From Mobula hypostoma (taxonomy: Eukaryota): DNA of 64,000 bases. The stretch lies in the NCBI RefSeq assembly GCF_963921235.1, contig NC_086097.1:42348001-42412000 (forward strand), written 5' to 3'. The position numbers and the translations under genes were made by a program. Under the pieces are notes generated by a model. It saw only the letters and a list, made by a program, of their open reading frames with translations. It made no database searches and had not been told where the DNA came from. This document shows, one piece after another, positions 1-13,200 of this stretch. Position 1 is the stretch's first letter. The number at the start of each line of letters is the position of its first letter.

Positions 1-55
1 ACATCAAAGTTGCTGGTGAACGCAGCAGGCCAAGCAGCATCTGTAGGAAGAGGTA

Positions 56-93
56 CAGTCGACATTTCAGGCTGAGACCCTTCGTCAGGACTA
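56..93 (-). ncRNA. Minimal type I hammerhead ribozyme (inverted copy)
   Basis: Reverse complement reads UAGUC-CUGACGA-AGGGUCUCAGCCU-GAAA-UGUC-GACUG; core intact, U.G at the stem III pair. Confidence 0.65.
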
Positions 94-115
94 ACTGAAG
101 GAAGAGTTTCTCAGT

Positions 116-153
116 TAGTCCTGACGAAGGGTCTCGGCCTGAAACGTCGACTG
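116..153 (+). ncRNA. Minimal type I hammerhead ribozyme
   Basis: Stem I UAGUC(116-120)/GACUG(149-153); core CUGACGA 121-127; short stem II 128-140; GAAA 141-144; palindromic ACGU stem III; GUC cleavage triplet 146-148. Confidence 0.75.
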
Positions 154-504
154 CACCTCTTCCTACAGATGCTGCCTGGCCTGCTGCGTTCACCAGCAAC
201 TTTGATGTGTGTTGCTTGAATTTCCAGCAACTGCAGAATCCCTGTTGTTTCCCTCTTAGGTGGATGTAAAAGACCGTAAAATACTTGTTTAAGGAAGATT
301 TGAGCAACTTTCTTTACTGTCTTGGCCAATATTCATCTCCCACTCAAAAAGACAAAACATTGATTTACCTAGAAGTTCAACTGTAGTCAATAGTGCTAAG
401 GTTGCTATATAATCCAGTCAATGCACTGTACAATACCTCTGAAATTTCATTTCCATTGAAATCATTAAAAGTATTTTAAGGGCAGGATAAAGAGCACTGC
501 TTTG

Positions 505-1935
505 AGAGATCTCGCTGAAAACCATGATAGCTTTCCTCACTATCCACTACACCCCTAATCTTGGTGTCACCTGCAAATTTGCAGATCCAGTTAACCACAT
601 TATCATCCAGATCATTGATACAGATGACAAACAACAACGGACCCAGCACCAATCCCTGCGGCACTCTACTAGTCACAGGCCTCCAGTCAGAGGGGCAACC
701 CTCTACAACCACTCTTTGGCTTCTCCCACAAAACAAGTATCTAATCCAATTTACAACCTCATCCTGAATGCTCAGCGACCGTAAGTTCTTAACCAGCATC
801 CCATGCGGGACTTTGTCAAATGCCTTGTCAAAATTCCATGTAGGCAACATCTACTGCCTTGCCTTCATCAGCTTTCCTGGTAATTTCTTTGGTTAGACTT
901 GACCTACCATGCATGAAGACATGCTGACTATCCTTAATCACGCCATGTCTGTCCAAATATTTAAATATCCAGTCTTCAGAATGCCTTCCAATAACTTCCC
1001 CGAAATGGATGTCAGACTCACCAGCCTATAATTTTCTGGTTTATGTTAGAGTCTTTCTTAAACAGCAGAACAGCATTGTCTATCCTCCAATACTCTGGTA
1101 CCTCTCCTGTCGCCAAGGATGATTTAAATATCTCTGCTAGGGCCTTGGCAATTTCTGCCTCCCATAGGGTCCCAGGGAACACCTTGTAGGGCCTGGGGAT
1201 TTATTCACCCTAATTTGCCTCAGGACAGCAAACACCTCCTCTGTAATCTAGATAGGCTCCATGAAGTTGATTCCCCTTTGCCTCACTTCTATAGTCTCTG
1301 TCCATCTCCTGAGTAAATACAGATGCAAAATATTTAAGATCGCCCCCATCTCTTTTGGCTCCATATATGGATTAACATTCTGATCTTCCAGAGGACCAAT
1401 TTTGTCCCTTACAATCTTTATGCTCCTAACGTATCTGTAAAATCCCGTAGGATTCTCCTTCATCTTGTCTGCCAGGGCAACTTCATGCCTTCTTTTAGCC
1501 TTCCTGATTTCTTTCTTAAGTGTTCTCTTGTATTTCTTATACTCCATAAGCACCTCATTTGTTCTTACCTGCCTATACCTGCTAGGCATCTCCTTTTTCT
1601 CATAACCAGCCTCAATATTTCCTGAAAACCAACATTCCCTGAACTTGTTATCTTTACCTTTAACTCTGACAGGCACATACAATCTCTGTACTCTCAAAAC
1701 TTCACTTTTGAAGGCCTCTCAGTTGCGAAGTGCACCTCTGCCAGCAAACAGCCTGTCCCAATCCACACATGACGTATCATTTCTGATACCATCAAGATTG
1801 GTCTTACTCCAATTCAGAATCTTAATCCACGGACCAGACTTATCTTTTCATTGTGATCACTAGATGCAAAGACACAAACCTCTGTCACCTGCACTCTCCC
1901 ATTCCCTAATAGCAGATCAAGTGTCGCACACACCT
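505..1935 (-). mobile_element. CR1 LINE ORF2 fragment (degenerate)
   Basis: ORF 476..850 has KAFDKVPH, VPQGLVLGPLLF and KFAGDTK (RT motifs); ORF 1248..1697 has the CR1 linker KENPTGFYRYVRS. Confidence 0.9.
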
Positions 1936-2494
1936 ATGGATACTGCACAATCAGAATGGTAACAGCTGTGAAATGGAGGAAGGATTGTCCTAAGTCCTCC
2001 TTGTTCATCTTTATTGCAAACCATTGGTAGCATGAAGTCATGGCTGACATAAATAACATGGAAAAGTAAACAACTTTGAACAACTTCAGTTTGTGCGATG
2101 AAGAGATGGCAACAGTCACAGGATATAAACCCAGAGGTCAAGAAGGAAAGTAAAGCTGCCTGTATGTCAGGATGCCGTGTGAACTCGAAGCTGTGAACTT
2201 GCCATGAATCTGCTGTCCTTGTTCTTTTGAGTAAATAAGGTTCCAGAGAACAAGTAGACCTGAATGTAGACCTTTAATCCTCATGGTAGCAGCAATAATG
2301 ATAACGCACTAGCTTTTGTTGCTTCCTTTCTGGAGTTCTAGGGTAAAGACCCTTCCAATTCTTTCATCACACGGAATTAAAAGCAAGGTATGTGGAAATT
2401 TCTTCTCACGGAGGGTGGTGACTCCCTGGAATTCGCTATTCCAGAGGGGTATGAATTCTAAATCATTATAAGTAGTTAAAGAGGGAGTAAATAA

Positions 2495-3025
2495 ATTTAT
2501 GGGGTGTATGTGGTGTCCAGAGAGGGATAGCACCCCTGGAGAAGGGGCTTGTAGTGTCCATTCTGGGGCAGCTCGCTCACCTCTGGTCCCCACCGGACAC
2601 TCGGCTGTCACCTGTGCTCCATGTAGCTGTTTGCGTGTGACAGCAGCTGCACGTCAGCACACCACTTCAACTGGCAGGCTGAACAAGGTGAGAGAGGCCG
2701 GCAGGCCTCATGCCCTGCTGAGGTACGGACATGCCTGTCCTTAGCATGTGAAGTAGTCTGCAGCAGACTGGGCCGATGAGATCAGCAGTAAGATCCAATG
2801 GCCAAGAGGGTGGTTCTGCAACGCTTCAGGGAGAGCGAAGGGCATGACAAGGCACTGGATAAGTCATCTAATGCAACCAAGGAAGACCCCAGTTCATGAC
2901 GACTATTCATACCACTGGACCCAGAATCCTGAGGTTGAGAAAGTGGAACTGCCCTGGTGGAATGGCTCTTCTACTTTAAAACTCACCTGCACAGGTCTCT
3001 TGACATTGTTGGTTACTGTGGACAA
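2495..3025 (+). mobile_element. Non-coding interspersed repeat, possibly a non-autonomous RTE-related retroposon
   Basis: Similar by eye to the reverse complement of 55318-55695; no coding similarity. Family assignment is tentative. Confidence 0.45.
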
Positions 3026-4114
3026 CCAAAAGATAAATCTGTGAAAGGTCAGGAGATTGAGGGCAATGGGATCCGGCACAGAGATGGTGTTGAAGCCGAG
3101 GGTAGAACAGCCATGATCACAGTGAATGGCAGAGGGGCCACATGGTCTACACCTGTCCCCATGTTCTTGTGCAACCAATCAGGTCACAGTTCAAACTACC
3201 ATTGCTGCCCATCTGGTAACATGTCAGGATATGCGTCTTTGCCACCGGCTGTTTTGAGACACTGCTACAGACTGAAGATGGTCAAAGAGAATCTTCAATG
3301 TCGAGATCAATCACTTAACAAGTCAGAATCTCTTTTTCTCAAGACAAAAGGGGAACATTCAAAGGAGATCTATAAGCTCATTTTTTAAAATTTTACACAG
3401 ATAATGCGAGGTGCCTGAAACATGCTGCCTGGGGAAGTGGTGGAATCACACACAATTGCACCATTTAGGGGCACTTATATTGGCATGTGAAAAAGCAGGG
3501 GAAGAAGCTAGATAGAGCCCATGCAGGCAGATGGGATTAGGTTAAGCTGGCATCACGGTCAGCGCAGACATCATGGGCCAAAGGCCTCAATCCTGTGCTG
3601 TACGGCACTATGTTCTGTGTTTGATTTCAACCATCTGCTGGCCTGTATTTTTTTTAATATCAAAATGTTGATCTTCCAAAGTAGGTTTGGATAGAAGATA
3701 GGAAGAAAAAGTTTAATGAGACCATAGGAACAGAGATGGTAACTATGATTAACGATATCTGATTTCATGAGAAGCGCACACCAACACAGGTCCATTGGAC
3801 TGTGTTTAAGGCCGTTATCCTGTACTTCTACTGAGAACAGTTTTCTTTTCTGTACCCTGTCTAGGAGTGTGATCGAGGGTTTGTCTCTAAGATTTCATTA
3901 CCCATATTTCTGTTGCTTCAAAAATTAAATCCTCTTTTCAATGACCTTCCAAACTTTACGCTGCACAAACTCCAACTGATTTGAAACCCTGTGTCCTGCC
4001 TGGCTACCAGCTTCTGGCTTACTTGACTGACAGTCTGACACTGTCTTGATGGTATTCCAGTCCCATGAACCAGGGCTGCCTCATGAACAAAGCCTTTCCT
4101 AAGAAATAGCTGGG

Positions 4115-4417
4115 CTGGGCCGGCTGGTGGCGCAACGACATCGGCGCCGGACCTGGGAGCAGAGGTTCACAGGTTCAAAACCAGTCGGGTCCGCCCCTGA
4201 GTACGCTTTCCATCCGTGCCGGGTTGAGTATCGAGATCGCAACTCGACCTCGTAAAACAAGGGAAAATACTGCGAAAATGTCTGAGTGAGGAGTGGCGTT
4301 CCACACAGTCTCTCTCTCACTCCACGCCTTGTAAAAAAACCATGAAAAATCCATCATCACGGACACACAGACACACAAGCACAGACACGCACGCACAGAG
4401 GCACATGCCAAAAAAAA
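4115..4417 (+). mobile_element. tRNA-derived SINE, young, full-length
   Basis: A-box TGGCGCAACG and B-box GGTTCAAAACC; CpG retained; A-rich tail; perfect 14-bp TSD AAGAAATAGCTGGG at 4101-4114 and 4418-4431. Confidence 0.85.
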
Positions 4418-5960
4418 AAGAAATAGCTGGGTTTTCAGTTATCCAGGACCTCCTCTCTAGCAATTCCCCTCTGCTGCTTTTCGCTATAATATAAAAGTCA
4501 ATAATTGATTGTCAATTTTCCTCAACAAACAGCTCTACAAAGCATCAGTTTTTCCTGAATTTTCGTGATATTTAATGCCTTAATGGGGATTCAGATTTAG
4601 ATTATACGTCAAAACGTAGAGTGAGATACATAACCTGCATGAACAACCAACCAAAGATGTGCTGGTGGCAGCCTGCAAGTTTCACCACACATTCCAATAT
4701 AGCAGGCCCACAATGTTCAGTAGAATACAGGCAGTAATAACAACAAAACAAAATAACAACAGCAAATCAAGCCCCTTTCTCACCCTTCCCACTCACACAA
4801 CAGACTGGCCTCCAACCCCAGGACAGGTTGCTTCCAGGTCTCCAGTCCTTGACTTCAGACTCACAGACATCGGGTCTCCAACTTCAGACCTCACCCACCT
4901 TTAGAGAAGACTTGGGGACATGGTGGCATTATTGTGGTTTTGTCAGAAGAAGGCAGTTTGACTTCAAAAGTACAAAGGAGATAACAACATGAATGTAATC
5001 ACATGAAGTATGGAGGAAGTTTGGAATACTCTCCTTCAAGACATTGTTGAGGCTGGGACAATTGAGAATTTTAATATCAAGGTTGTCAATTAATTATTGG
5101 CCAAGGCTATTGAAGTTAGTAGAACCAAGGTTGAAAGATGTACTGTATGATCTAAATGAAAGAGCAACAGGCTCAGGGAGGTGCAGTATTAGAGCCGCTT
5201 GGGGGCCTAATCCAGCTTGTATTTTCCTATAACAAAAGAGCTAAAGTAACCCAGATTAATTTATAATGGATTCACGGGCTATTTGAAACCCTCCGGCTTG
5301 GAAATTTTGAAAGAAAGTATAAGCTATGGATATAAATAACTAGCACTTTTGGCCATAACTATATAGCAAATTGTGTCATATACCATTTCTTGGAGTATTA
5401 GCATATCAGAGTCACTGCCTTTCCCAGCTAAAGACCAAAAACTAAATACTTAACATGCAAATGTTGGTATTATTCCATATTAGAGTTCAAAGATATAGAA
5501 ATTTTGCCTCACTGCTGCATTTCTCCTCCCAGCTCTGACCTCTAAATGAGCTCAAAGCTCAGCAGTTTCAAAGTTAAATTTGAGCTGTAGCACATCAGAC
5601 AACATCAAATGAAGAAAGTCTTCCTGTGCGTGACAAAATGATAACAGTCCTCATACAGCTATCATTTTTCTAAAACCCATTTGTTTGATTCAGAAAGGTG
5701 GGAGGGGAGGAAAATGCACATCTGACTGGAGAACAGTGGAGTGGGACTGAATCCTGGAGCAGATTTGAATCAGAATCAAAATCAGGTTTAATACTGCCGG
5801 CATATTTAAAAACAGTGATTTTTATAAATGACCTGGATGAGGAAGCAGAAAGGTGGGTTAGTAAGTTTGATGATGACAAAAGTTGGGGATGTTGTGGATA
5901 GTCTGGAGGGTTGGCAGAGGTTACAACGGGACCTCGGTAAGATGCAGAACTGGGCTGAGA

Positions 5961-7753
5961 GTAGATATAGGACTGATAGAAAATGATGCTGGAGAAATTG
6001 TAATGGGAGATAAGGAGATGGCAGAGGAACTGAACGAGTATTTTGCATCAGTCTTCACTGAGGAAGACATCAGCAGTATACCAGACACTCCAGAGTGGCA
6101 GGGAAGAGAAGTGTGCGCAGTCACAATTACGACAGAGAAAGTACTCAGGAAGCTGAATAGTCTAAAGGTAGATAAATCTCCCGGACCAGATGGAATGCAC
6201 TCTCGTGTTCTGAAGGAAGTAACTGTGGAGATTGTGGAGGCATTAGCGACGATCTTCAAAAGTAAATAGATTCTAGCATGGTTCCAGAGGATTGGAAGAT
6301 TGAAAATGTCACTCCGCTATTTAAGAAGGGGGCAAGGAAGCAAAAAGGAAATCATAGATCTGTTAGCTTGACATTGGTGGTTGGGAAGTTGTTGGAGTCT
6401 ATTGTCAAGGATGAGGTTACGGAGTACCTGGAGGCATATGGCAAGATAGGCAGAACTCAGCATGGATTCCTTAAAGGAAAATCCTGCCTGACAAACCTAT
6501 TACAATTTTTTGAGGAAATTGCAAGTAGGCTAGACAAGGGAGATGCAGTGGATGTTGTATATTTGGATATTCAGAAGGCCTTTGACAAGATGCCACACAT
6601 GAGGCTACTTAACAAGATAAGAGCCCATGGAATTACGGGAAAGTTACGTATGTGGATAGGGCGTTGGCTGATTGGCAGGAAGCAGAGAGTGGGAATAAAG
6701 GGATCCTATTCTGGTTGGCTGCCGGTTACCAGTGGTTTTCCACAGGGGTCCATGTTGGGTCCGCTTCTTTTTACATTGTACATCAACAATTTGGATTATG
6801 GAATAGATGGCTTTGTGGCTAAGTTTGCTGATGATACGAAGGTAGGTGGAGGGGCCGGTAGTGCTGAGGAAATGGAGAGTCTGCAGAGAGACTTGGATAG
6901 ATTGGAAGAATGGGTTAAGAAGTGGCAAATGAAATACAATGATGGAAATTGTATGGTTATGCACTTTGGCAGAAGAAATAAATGGGCAGACTATTATTTA
7001 AATAGGGAGAGAATTCAAAGTTCTGAGATGCAACAGGACTTGGGAGTCCTCGTGCAGGATACCCTTAAGGTTAACCTCCAGGTTGAGTCAGTAGTGAAGA
7101 AGGTGAATGCAATGTTGGCATTCATTTCTAGAGGAATAGAGTATAGGAGCAGGGATGTGATGTTGAGGCTCTATAAGGCACTGGTGAAACCTCACTTGGA
7201 GTACTGTGGGCAGTTTTGGTCTCCTTATTTAAGAAAGGATGTGCTGACGTTTGAGAGGGTACAGAAAAGATTCACTAGAATGATTTCGGGAATGAGAGGG
7301 TTAACATGTGAGGAACGTTTGTCCGCTCCTGGACTGTATTCCTTGGAGTTTAGAAGAATGAGGGGGGATCTCATAGAAATATTTTGAATGTTGAAAGGCA
7401 TGGACAGAGTGGATGTGGCAAAGTTGTTTCCCATGATGGGGGAGTCTAGTACGAGAGGGCATGATTTAAGGATTGAAGGGTGCCCATGCAGAACAGAGAT
7501 GCGAAGAAATTTTTTTAGCCAGAGAGTGGTGAATCTATGGAATTTGTTGTCACGGGCGGCAGTGGAGGCCAAGTCATTGGGTGTATTTAAGGCAAAGATT
7601 TATAGGTATCTGAGTAGCCAGGGCATCAAAGATTATGGTGAGAAGGCAGGGGAGTGGGACTAAATGAGAGAATGGATCAGCTCATGATAAAATGGCGGAA
7701 CAGACTCGATGGGCCGAATGGCCAACTTCTGCTCCTTTGTCTTATGGTCTTAT
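5961..7753 (+). mobile_element. Nested CR1 LINE of a second subfamily, (TCTTATGG)n tail
   Basis: ORFs 5883..6269, 6278..7387 and 7388..7663 form the ORF2 RT and C-terminus; 3' UTR and tail end at ~7753. Confidence 0.9.
6278..7663 (+). pseudogene. CR1 ORF2 reverse transcriptase, 5'-truncated, with a premature stop
   Basis: QHGFLKGKSCLTNL, YLDIQKAFDKMPH, PQGSMLGPLLF, KFADDTK; in-frame stop at 7385-7387. Confidence 0.9.
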
Positions 7754-8589
7754 GGAGAAGTGGCAGATGGAGTTCAACACATATAAGTGTGAAGTGGTTT
7801 ATTTCAGTAGGTCAAATTTGAAGAGAGAATATAATATTAATGGTAAGACTCTTGGCAGTGTGGAGGATCAGCGAGATCTTGGGGTCCATGTCCATAGGAC
7901 ACTCAAAGCTGCTGCGCAGGTTGACAGTGTTGTTAAGAAGGCGTATGGTGTGTTGGCCTTCATCAACCGTGGGATTGAGTTCAAGAGCCGTGAGTTAATG
8001 TTACATCTATATAAGACCTTAGTTAAACCCCACTTGGAGTACCATGCTCAGTTCTGGTCACCTCACTACAGGAAAGGTGCTATAGAAAGGGTGCAGAGGA
8101 GATTTACAAGGATGTTGCCTGGATTGGGGAGCATGCCTTATGAGAATAGGTTGAGTGAACTCGGCTTTTTCTCATTGGAGCAACGGAGGATGAGAGGTGA
8201 CCTGATAGAGGTGTATAAGATGATGAGAGGCATTGATCGTGTGGATAGTCAGAGGCTTTTCCCCAGGGCTGAAATGGCTAACACAAGGGGGCATATTTTT
8301 AACGTACTTGGAAGTAGGTACGGGGGGATGTAAGAGGTACGTTTTTCCCACAGAGACTGGTGGTTGCGTGGAATGCACTGCCAGCGACTGTGGTAGAAGC
8401 GGATACGATCGGGTCTTTTAAGAGACTCTTTAGATAGGTACATGGTGCTTAGAAAAATAGAGGCCTGTGCGGTAGGGGAATTCTTGGCACTTTCTAGAGT
8501 AGGTTACATGGTCAACACAACATTGTGGGCCGAAGGGCCTGTAATGTGCTACGTTCTATGATTTCTATGTTCTATGCTCTATGTTCATA

Positions 8590-8945
8590 CTGTACGTCAT
8601 GAAATTTGTTGGCTTTGCAGCAGCAGTATATTGCAATACATAATAATAGAGGAAAAAATGTGCTCCACAGTAAGTATATATAAAATAGTTAAATAAGTAA
8701 TGCAAAATAGAAATAAAAAGGTAGTGATGTAATGCGCATGGGATCAATGTCCTTTCAGAAACCAGATGGCAGAAGGGAAGAAGCTGGTCCTGAATTGTTG
8801 AGTATGTGCCTTCAGGCTTCTGTACTTCCTTCCTGGTGGAAGCAATGAGAACAGGGCATGACTTGGGTATTGGGCTCCTTAATGATGGGCGCTGCCTTTT
8901 CATGGCATCACTCCTCGAAAATGTCCTGGATACTACAGAAACTAG
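8590..8945 (-). mobile_element. Rex1/Babar-like LINE 3' fragment
   Basis: Reverse strand gives the degenerate C-terminus (HPC...LP..RRYRSL...F.TSFFPSAI) followed by an AT-rich 3' UTR. Confidence 0.65.
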
Positions 8946-10261
8946 TGTTTCCCTCACATCCATCTAAAACAGACAAGGAAAGTAACATTTCAGCATCTTT
9001 AACAGCTCAACTGCAGAGACTATTTCCCCAAAGTGAATATTATTTTTCCTTCTTGATTTATGCAACTCGCTTAGCCTGTTGGACAAAAATGAGAAATGTG
9101 ACTGGCTCTTCCACTTATTGTGGGTGTGGGAATAAAATAGATTCATTTATACATGTCATGAAGAGCAGTGTTCTGGAGCAGAGTTCTCCATTTTCTGTCT
9201 TTCATAATTAATGGCCTTGTTCCAAAACAGTCCTCACTCTGCTTGTCTAAAAATGTACCTGGATACCAATGATGCTACTGATTTTAATAGTACGAGTGGA
9301 TCATTTCCCACTTTCTGCAGATTCACTATTATAGCTCACTTGTTGCTAAATGACTTAAATAACATGCCTGTAGAGGATAGACAAAACATATAAAATTTTA
9401 TTTTCATATTGTAGCCGTTACAGAATTATATCCATCATAGACCAGACATTAAAGCAATAGGATTCTTCCTTTACATGCAAGCACACTATACTGCAAGATG
9501 TATGTTTAACAAATTAATTATTCAATTATTGGTACACTACCTTATTTATTTAATCACATCAAATAATTGCTGCAATTGCTGAGCTACACAGGGTGTTTGA
9601 CAGACAACAGTGATCATTCCAGATGCTGGAATTTAGACTATTAATCATACATATTAATCAAGCGCTTGTTGAATCATGGGATTCAGGAGAGATATCTTCC
9701 CAGATGCGCATTACTACAAGTAGGGGAAATTTCTACCGCTGGCTCTACTTCAAGTTCTGATTAGCATGCTGGAGCGGTCGCAGATTAATGAAATCAAAAC
9801 AGAAATATATATGGTTCGGTCAGCACTTTAAAACAGAAAAATACCAAGGGTATGATTCATTTGCATTGCCTAAGCAGTAATCTGGCAGAGCAGATTACAG
9901 AGTCTCAGTGTTTAATACAAATATCACACTTCTACACATAGCTAAATTAAAGTCACTGAATCACAGAATCAGAGAGCATCTGATCCATCGTGCCTGTACC
10001 AGTGCTTTGTAAGCATTATCCAATTAACCCTTCCGCCTTTCTCTTTCCCTGAAGGCCGACAATTTACTTGTGCTTAAGTATTTATACAGTTCTTGAGGGC
10101 CAAGCCGCTGGTTAAACTTTGTCAGCCTGGATTGGCTCAACCGGGTGGCGAATTACCATCAAGTATACGGTCCAAAGAGATTGGCACAGAAACGGGCATC
10201 TCATAGTCCTGAGGGAGGGCAGCAGGTATGGTTGTAAGGACGCTTGCTCGTGACAAAGCAC

Positions 10262-13200
10262 CGGTGACTCGGCCTCCACTGCTATCTGTGGCAATGAATT
10301 CACCAGCCTCTGGCTAAAGGAATTCCTCTTCACCTCTGTTCAGTATGGAGATTCCTCTTTTCTGAGGCTGTGCCCTCTGATCCTAGACTCCTCCACTACA
10401 GGAAACATCCTCTCCACGTCCACTCTGCCAAGGTTTCAATGAGATCCTCCTCCCCCACCCCCCACCATTCTTCTAAACTCCAGCGAGTAAGGGCCCAACG
10501 GCATCAAATACTCATATAATAACCCTTTCATTCCTGCCAGCATGTCTTGTCTTATTTAAGGGATCCATAATTACTCACAATACTCTGTCTGGTGTGACCA
10601 ATGCCTTAGAAAGCCTCAGTATTACACCCTTGCAACACATATCAAAGTTGCTGGTGAATGCAGCAGGCTAGGCAGCATCTCTAGGAAGAGGTACAGTCGA
10701 TGTTTTGGGCTGAGACCCTTCGTCAAGACGAAGATATGCTGCCTGGCCTGCTGCGTTCACCAGCAACTTTGATGTGTGTTGCTTGAATTTCCAGCATCTG
10801 CAGAATTCTTCATATTTGAGTATTACATCCTTGCTTTTATAATCTAGTCTTCTCAAAATGAATGCTAATATTGCATTTGCCTTCCTTACAACTAACTCAA
10901 CCTGCAAGTTAATCTTTAGGGAATCCTACACAAACTGCTAAATCCCTTTGCATCTCTGATTTCTGAATGTTCTTCCCATTTAGAAAACAGCCGTTCTTCC
11001 TTTATTCCTTCTACCAAAGTGCATGACCATAAACTTCCCATATATTCCATCTGCCACTGCTTTACCCATTTTTCTTCTAATCTGTCTAAATCTTTCTGCA
11101 GGCTTCCTGCTTCTTCAACACTAACATCTGCAATCCTATCATCTGTAAACTTGGCCACAAAGCCCTCATTTCTGTCATCCAACTCATTCATATATAACAT
11201 GAAAAGAAGCGGTCCCAAAACACACCCCTGCGGAATACCACTAGTCACCAGCAGCCAATTAGAAAAGCTTCCTTTATTTCCGCTCTTTTCCTCCTGCCAG
11301 CCAGCCAATCTTCTATTCATGCTAGTATCCTTCCTGTAATTCAATGAGCTCTTATCATGTGCACACCTTGTCAAAGGCCTTCAGAAAGTCCAAGTGAACA
11401 ACATCCACTGACTCTCCTTTGTCTCTCCTGCCTGTTATTTCCTCAAAGAATTCAAACAGATTTGTCAGGCAAGATTTCACCTTAAGGAAATCATGTTGAC
11501 TTTGGCTTATTTTATCATGTGCCTCCAAGTACCCTGAAACTTCATCCTTAATAATGGACCCTAACATCTTCCCAACAACTGAAGTCAGGGTAAATAGCCT
11601 ATAATTTTCTTTCCTCGGGCTTTCTTCCTTCTTAAAGAATGGAATGGCATTTGCAATTTTCCAGTCCTTCTGAACCATTCCAGAATCTTGCGATTCCTGA
11701 AAAATCACTATGAATGCTTCCACAATCTCTTCAGCTACCTCTTTCAAAACACTGCGCTGTAGTCCATCTGGTCCATGTGACTTATCCACCTTCAGTCCTT
11801 TCAGCTTCCCAGGCACCTTCTCCTCAATAACAACAACTACACTGACTTCTGCCCCCTGACACTCTCAAATTTTTGGCATACTGCTAGTGTCTTCCACAGT
11901 GAAGACTGATGCAAATACTTATTAAGTTCATCTACCATTTCTCTGTTCCACATTACTGCCTCTCCAGTGTCATTTTCCAGTAATCCAATATCCACTCTTA
12001 CCTCACTTTTACTCACTATATATCTGAAGAAAATGTTTATATTATTTTTTATATTATTAGCTAGCTTCCCTTCATATTTTATCTCTTCTTTCCTCTCTCC
12101 TTATGGCTTTTTAAGTTGCCTTTTGGTGTTTTTTAAAAAATACCCACCCTCTAACTTCCCACTAATTTTTGATATATTTTATGTCCTCTCTTTTTGCTTT
12201 TACACCACCTTCTCTTGTCAGACACAGTTGCATCATCCTCCCTTTAGAATACCTCTTCATCTTTGGACTATATCTGTCCTTTGCCTTCGAAATTGCTCTT
12301 CAAAACACCAGCCATTGCTGTTCTGCTATCATCCCTGTTAGTGTCCTCTCTAATCAACTTCGGCTAGCTCCTCTCTTATGCCCTTATAATTCTCTTTACT
12401 TCACTGTAATACCTACAGATCCAACTTTATATTTTTCCTTTCAAACTGCAGGGTGAATTCTACTGTATTAAGATTACTGCCCCCTTAAGCTCCCTAATCA
12501 AATCTGGTTCATTACACAACACCCAATCCAGAATTGCCTTTTCTCTAGTGGGCTCAACCACAAGCTGCTCTAAAAAGCCTTCTCAAAGACATTCCACCAA
12601 TTCCCTCTTTTGGGATCAATCACCAACTTGTTTTTCCCAACCTACCTGCACATTGAAATCCCCCATGGCTCTCATAGCATTGCCCTTTTTACATGCCTAT
12701 TCTATCTTCTATTGTAATTTGTACCCCATATCCTGACTACTGTTCAGAGGTCTGTATATAAGTCCCATCAGGGTCTTTTTACACTTGCAGTGTCTTAACT
12801 CTACCCACTAGAATTCAATATTTTCTGATCCTATGTCATCTCTTTCTAAAGATTTGATTTCATATTTAACCAACAGAGCCACCCTCTGCCTGTTCTTTTG
12901 ATGCAACATGTATCCTTGGATGTGAAGCTTCCATATCTGATCTTCCATATCTGATCTTCCAGCCATGATTCAGTAATGTCCACGATGTCATACCCATCAA
13001 GCTCTAACTGCACGACAAGATTATCTGCCTTATTCTGTATACCATGTGCATTCAAATATAATATCTTCAGTCCTGTATTCATAACCCTTTCTGATTTTGT
13101 CCCCACGTTATACTTCAGTTCATCCCATTGACTGCAGCTTTGCCTATTATCAATCTCTCTTTCCGAACAGTCCCACTACACACTGCGTCTACTTGGATAC

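Larger units (their letters stand above)
1..250. mobile_element. Penelope-like-element (PLE) derived fold-back element: two inverted pseudo-LTR (pLTR) arms; left arm runs off the window
   Basis: 1-98 is the near-perfect reverse complement of 111-208, with a 12-nt spacer. The arm sequence matches the 3' terminal repeat of the GIY-YIG-coding PLE at 17231-17330. Confidence 0.85.
5815..8585 (+). mobile_element. 5'-truncated CR1 LINE with (TTCTATG)n tail, split by a second CR1
   Basis: RT segment VIFINDLDEEAERWVSKFDDD at 5815-5960 resumes at ~7754 (EKWQMEFN...LYKTLVKPHLEY...); tail repeats ~8555-8585. Confidence 0.9.

Noticed and set aside
4115..4200. tRNA-like sequences here and at other SINE heads
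   Set aside because: They continue into SINE bodies with tails and TSDs and lack a full cloverleaf; not tRNA genes.
10090..10256. CpG-containing block ending in TGACA, a possible LTR fragment
   Set aside because: No matching 5' terminus, TSD or second copy in the window; cannot be classified.
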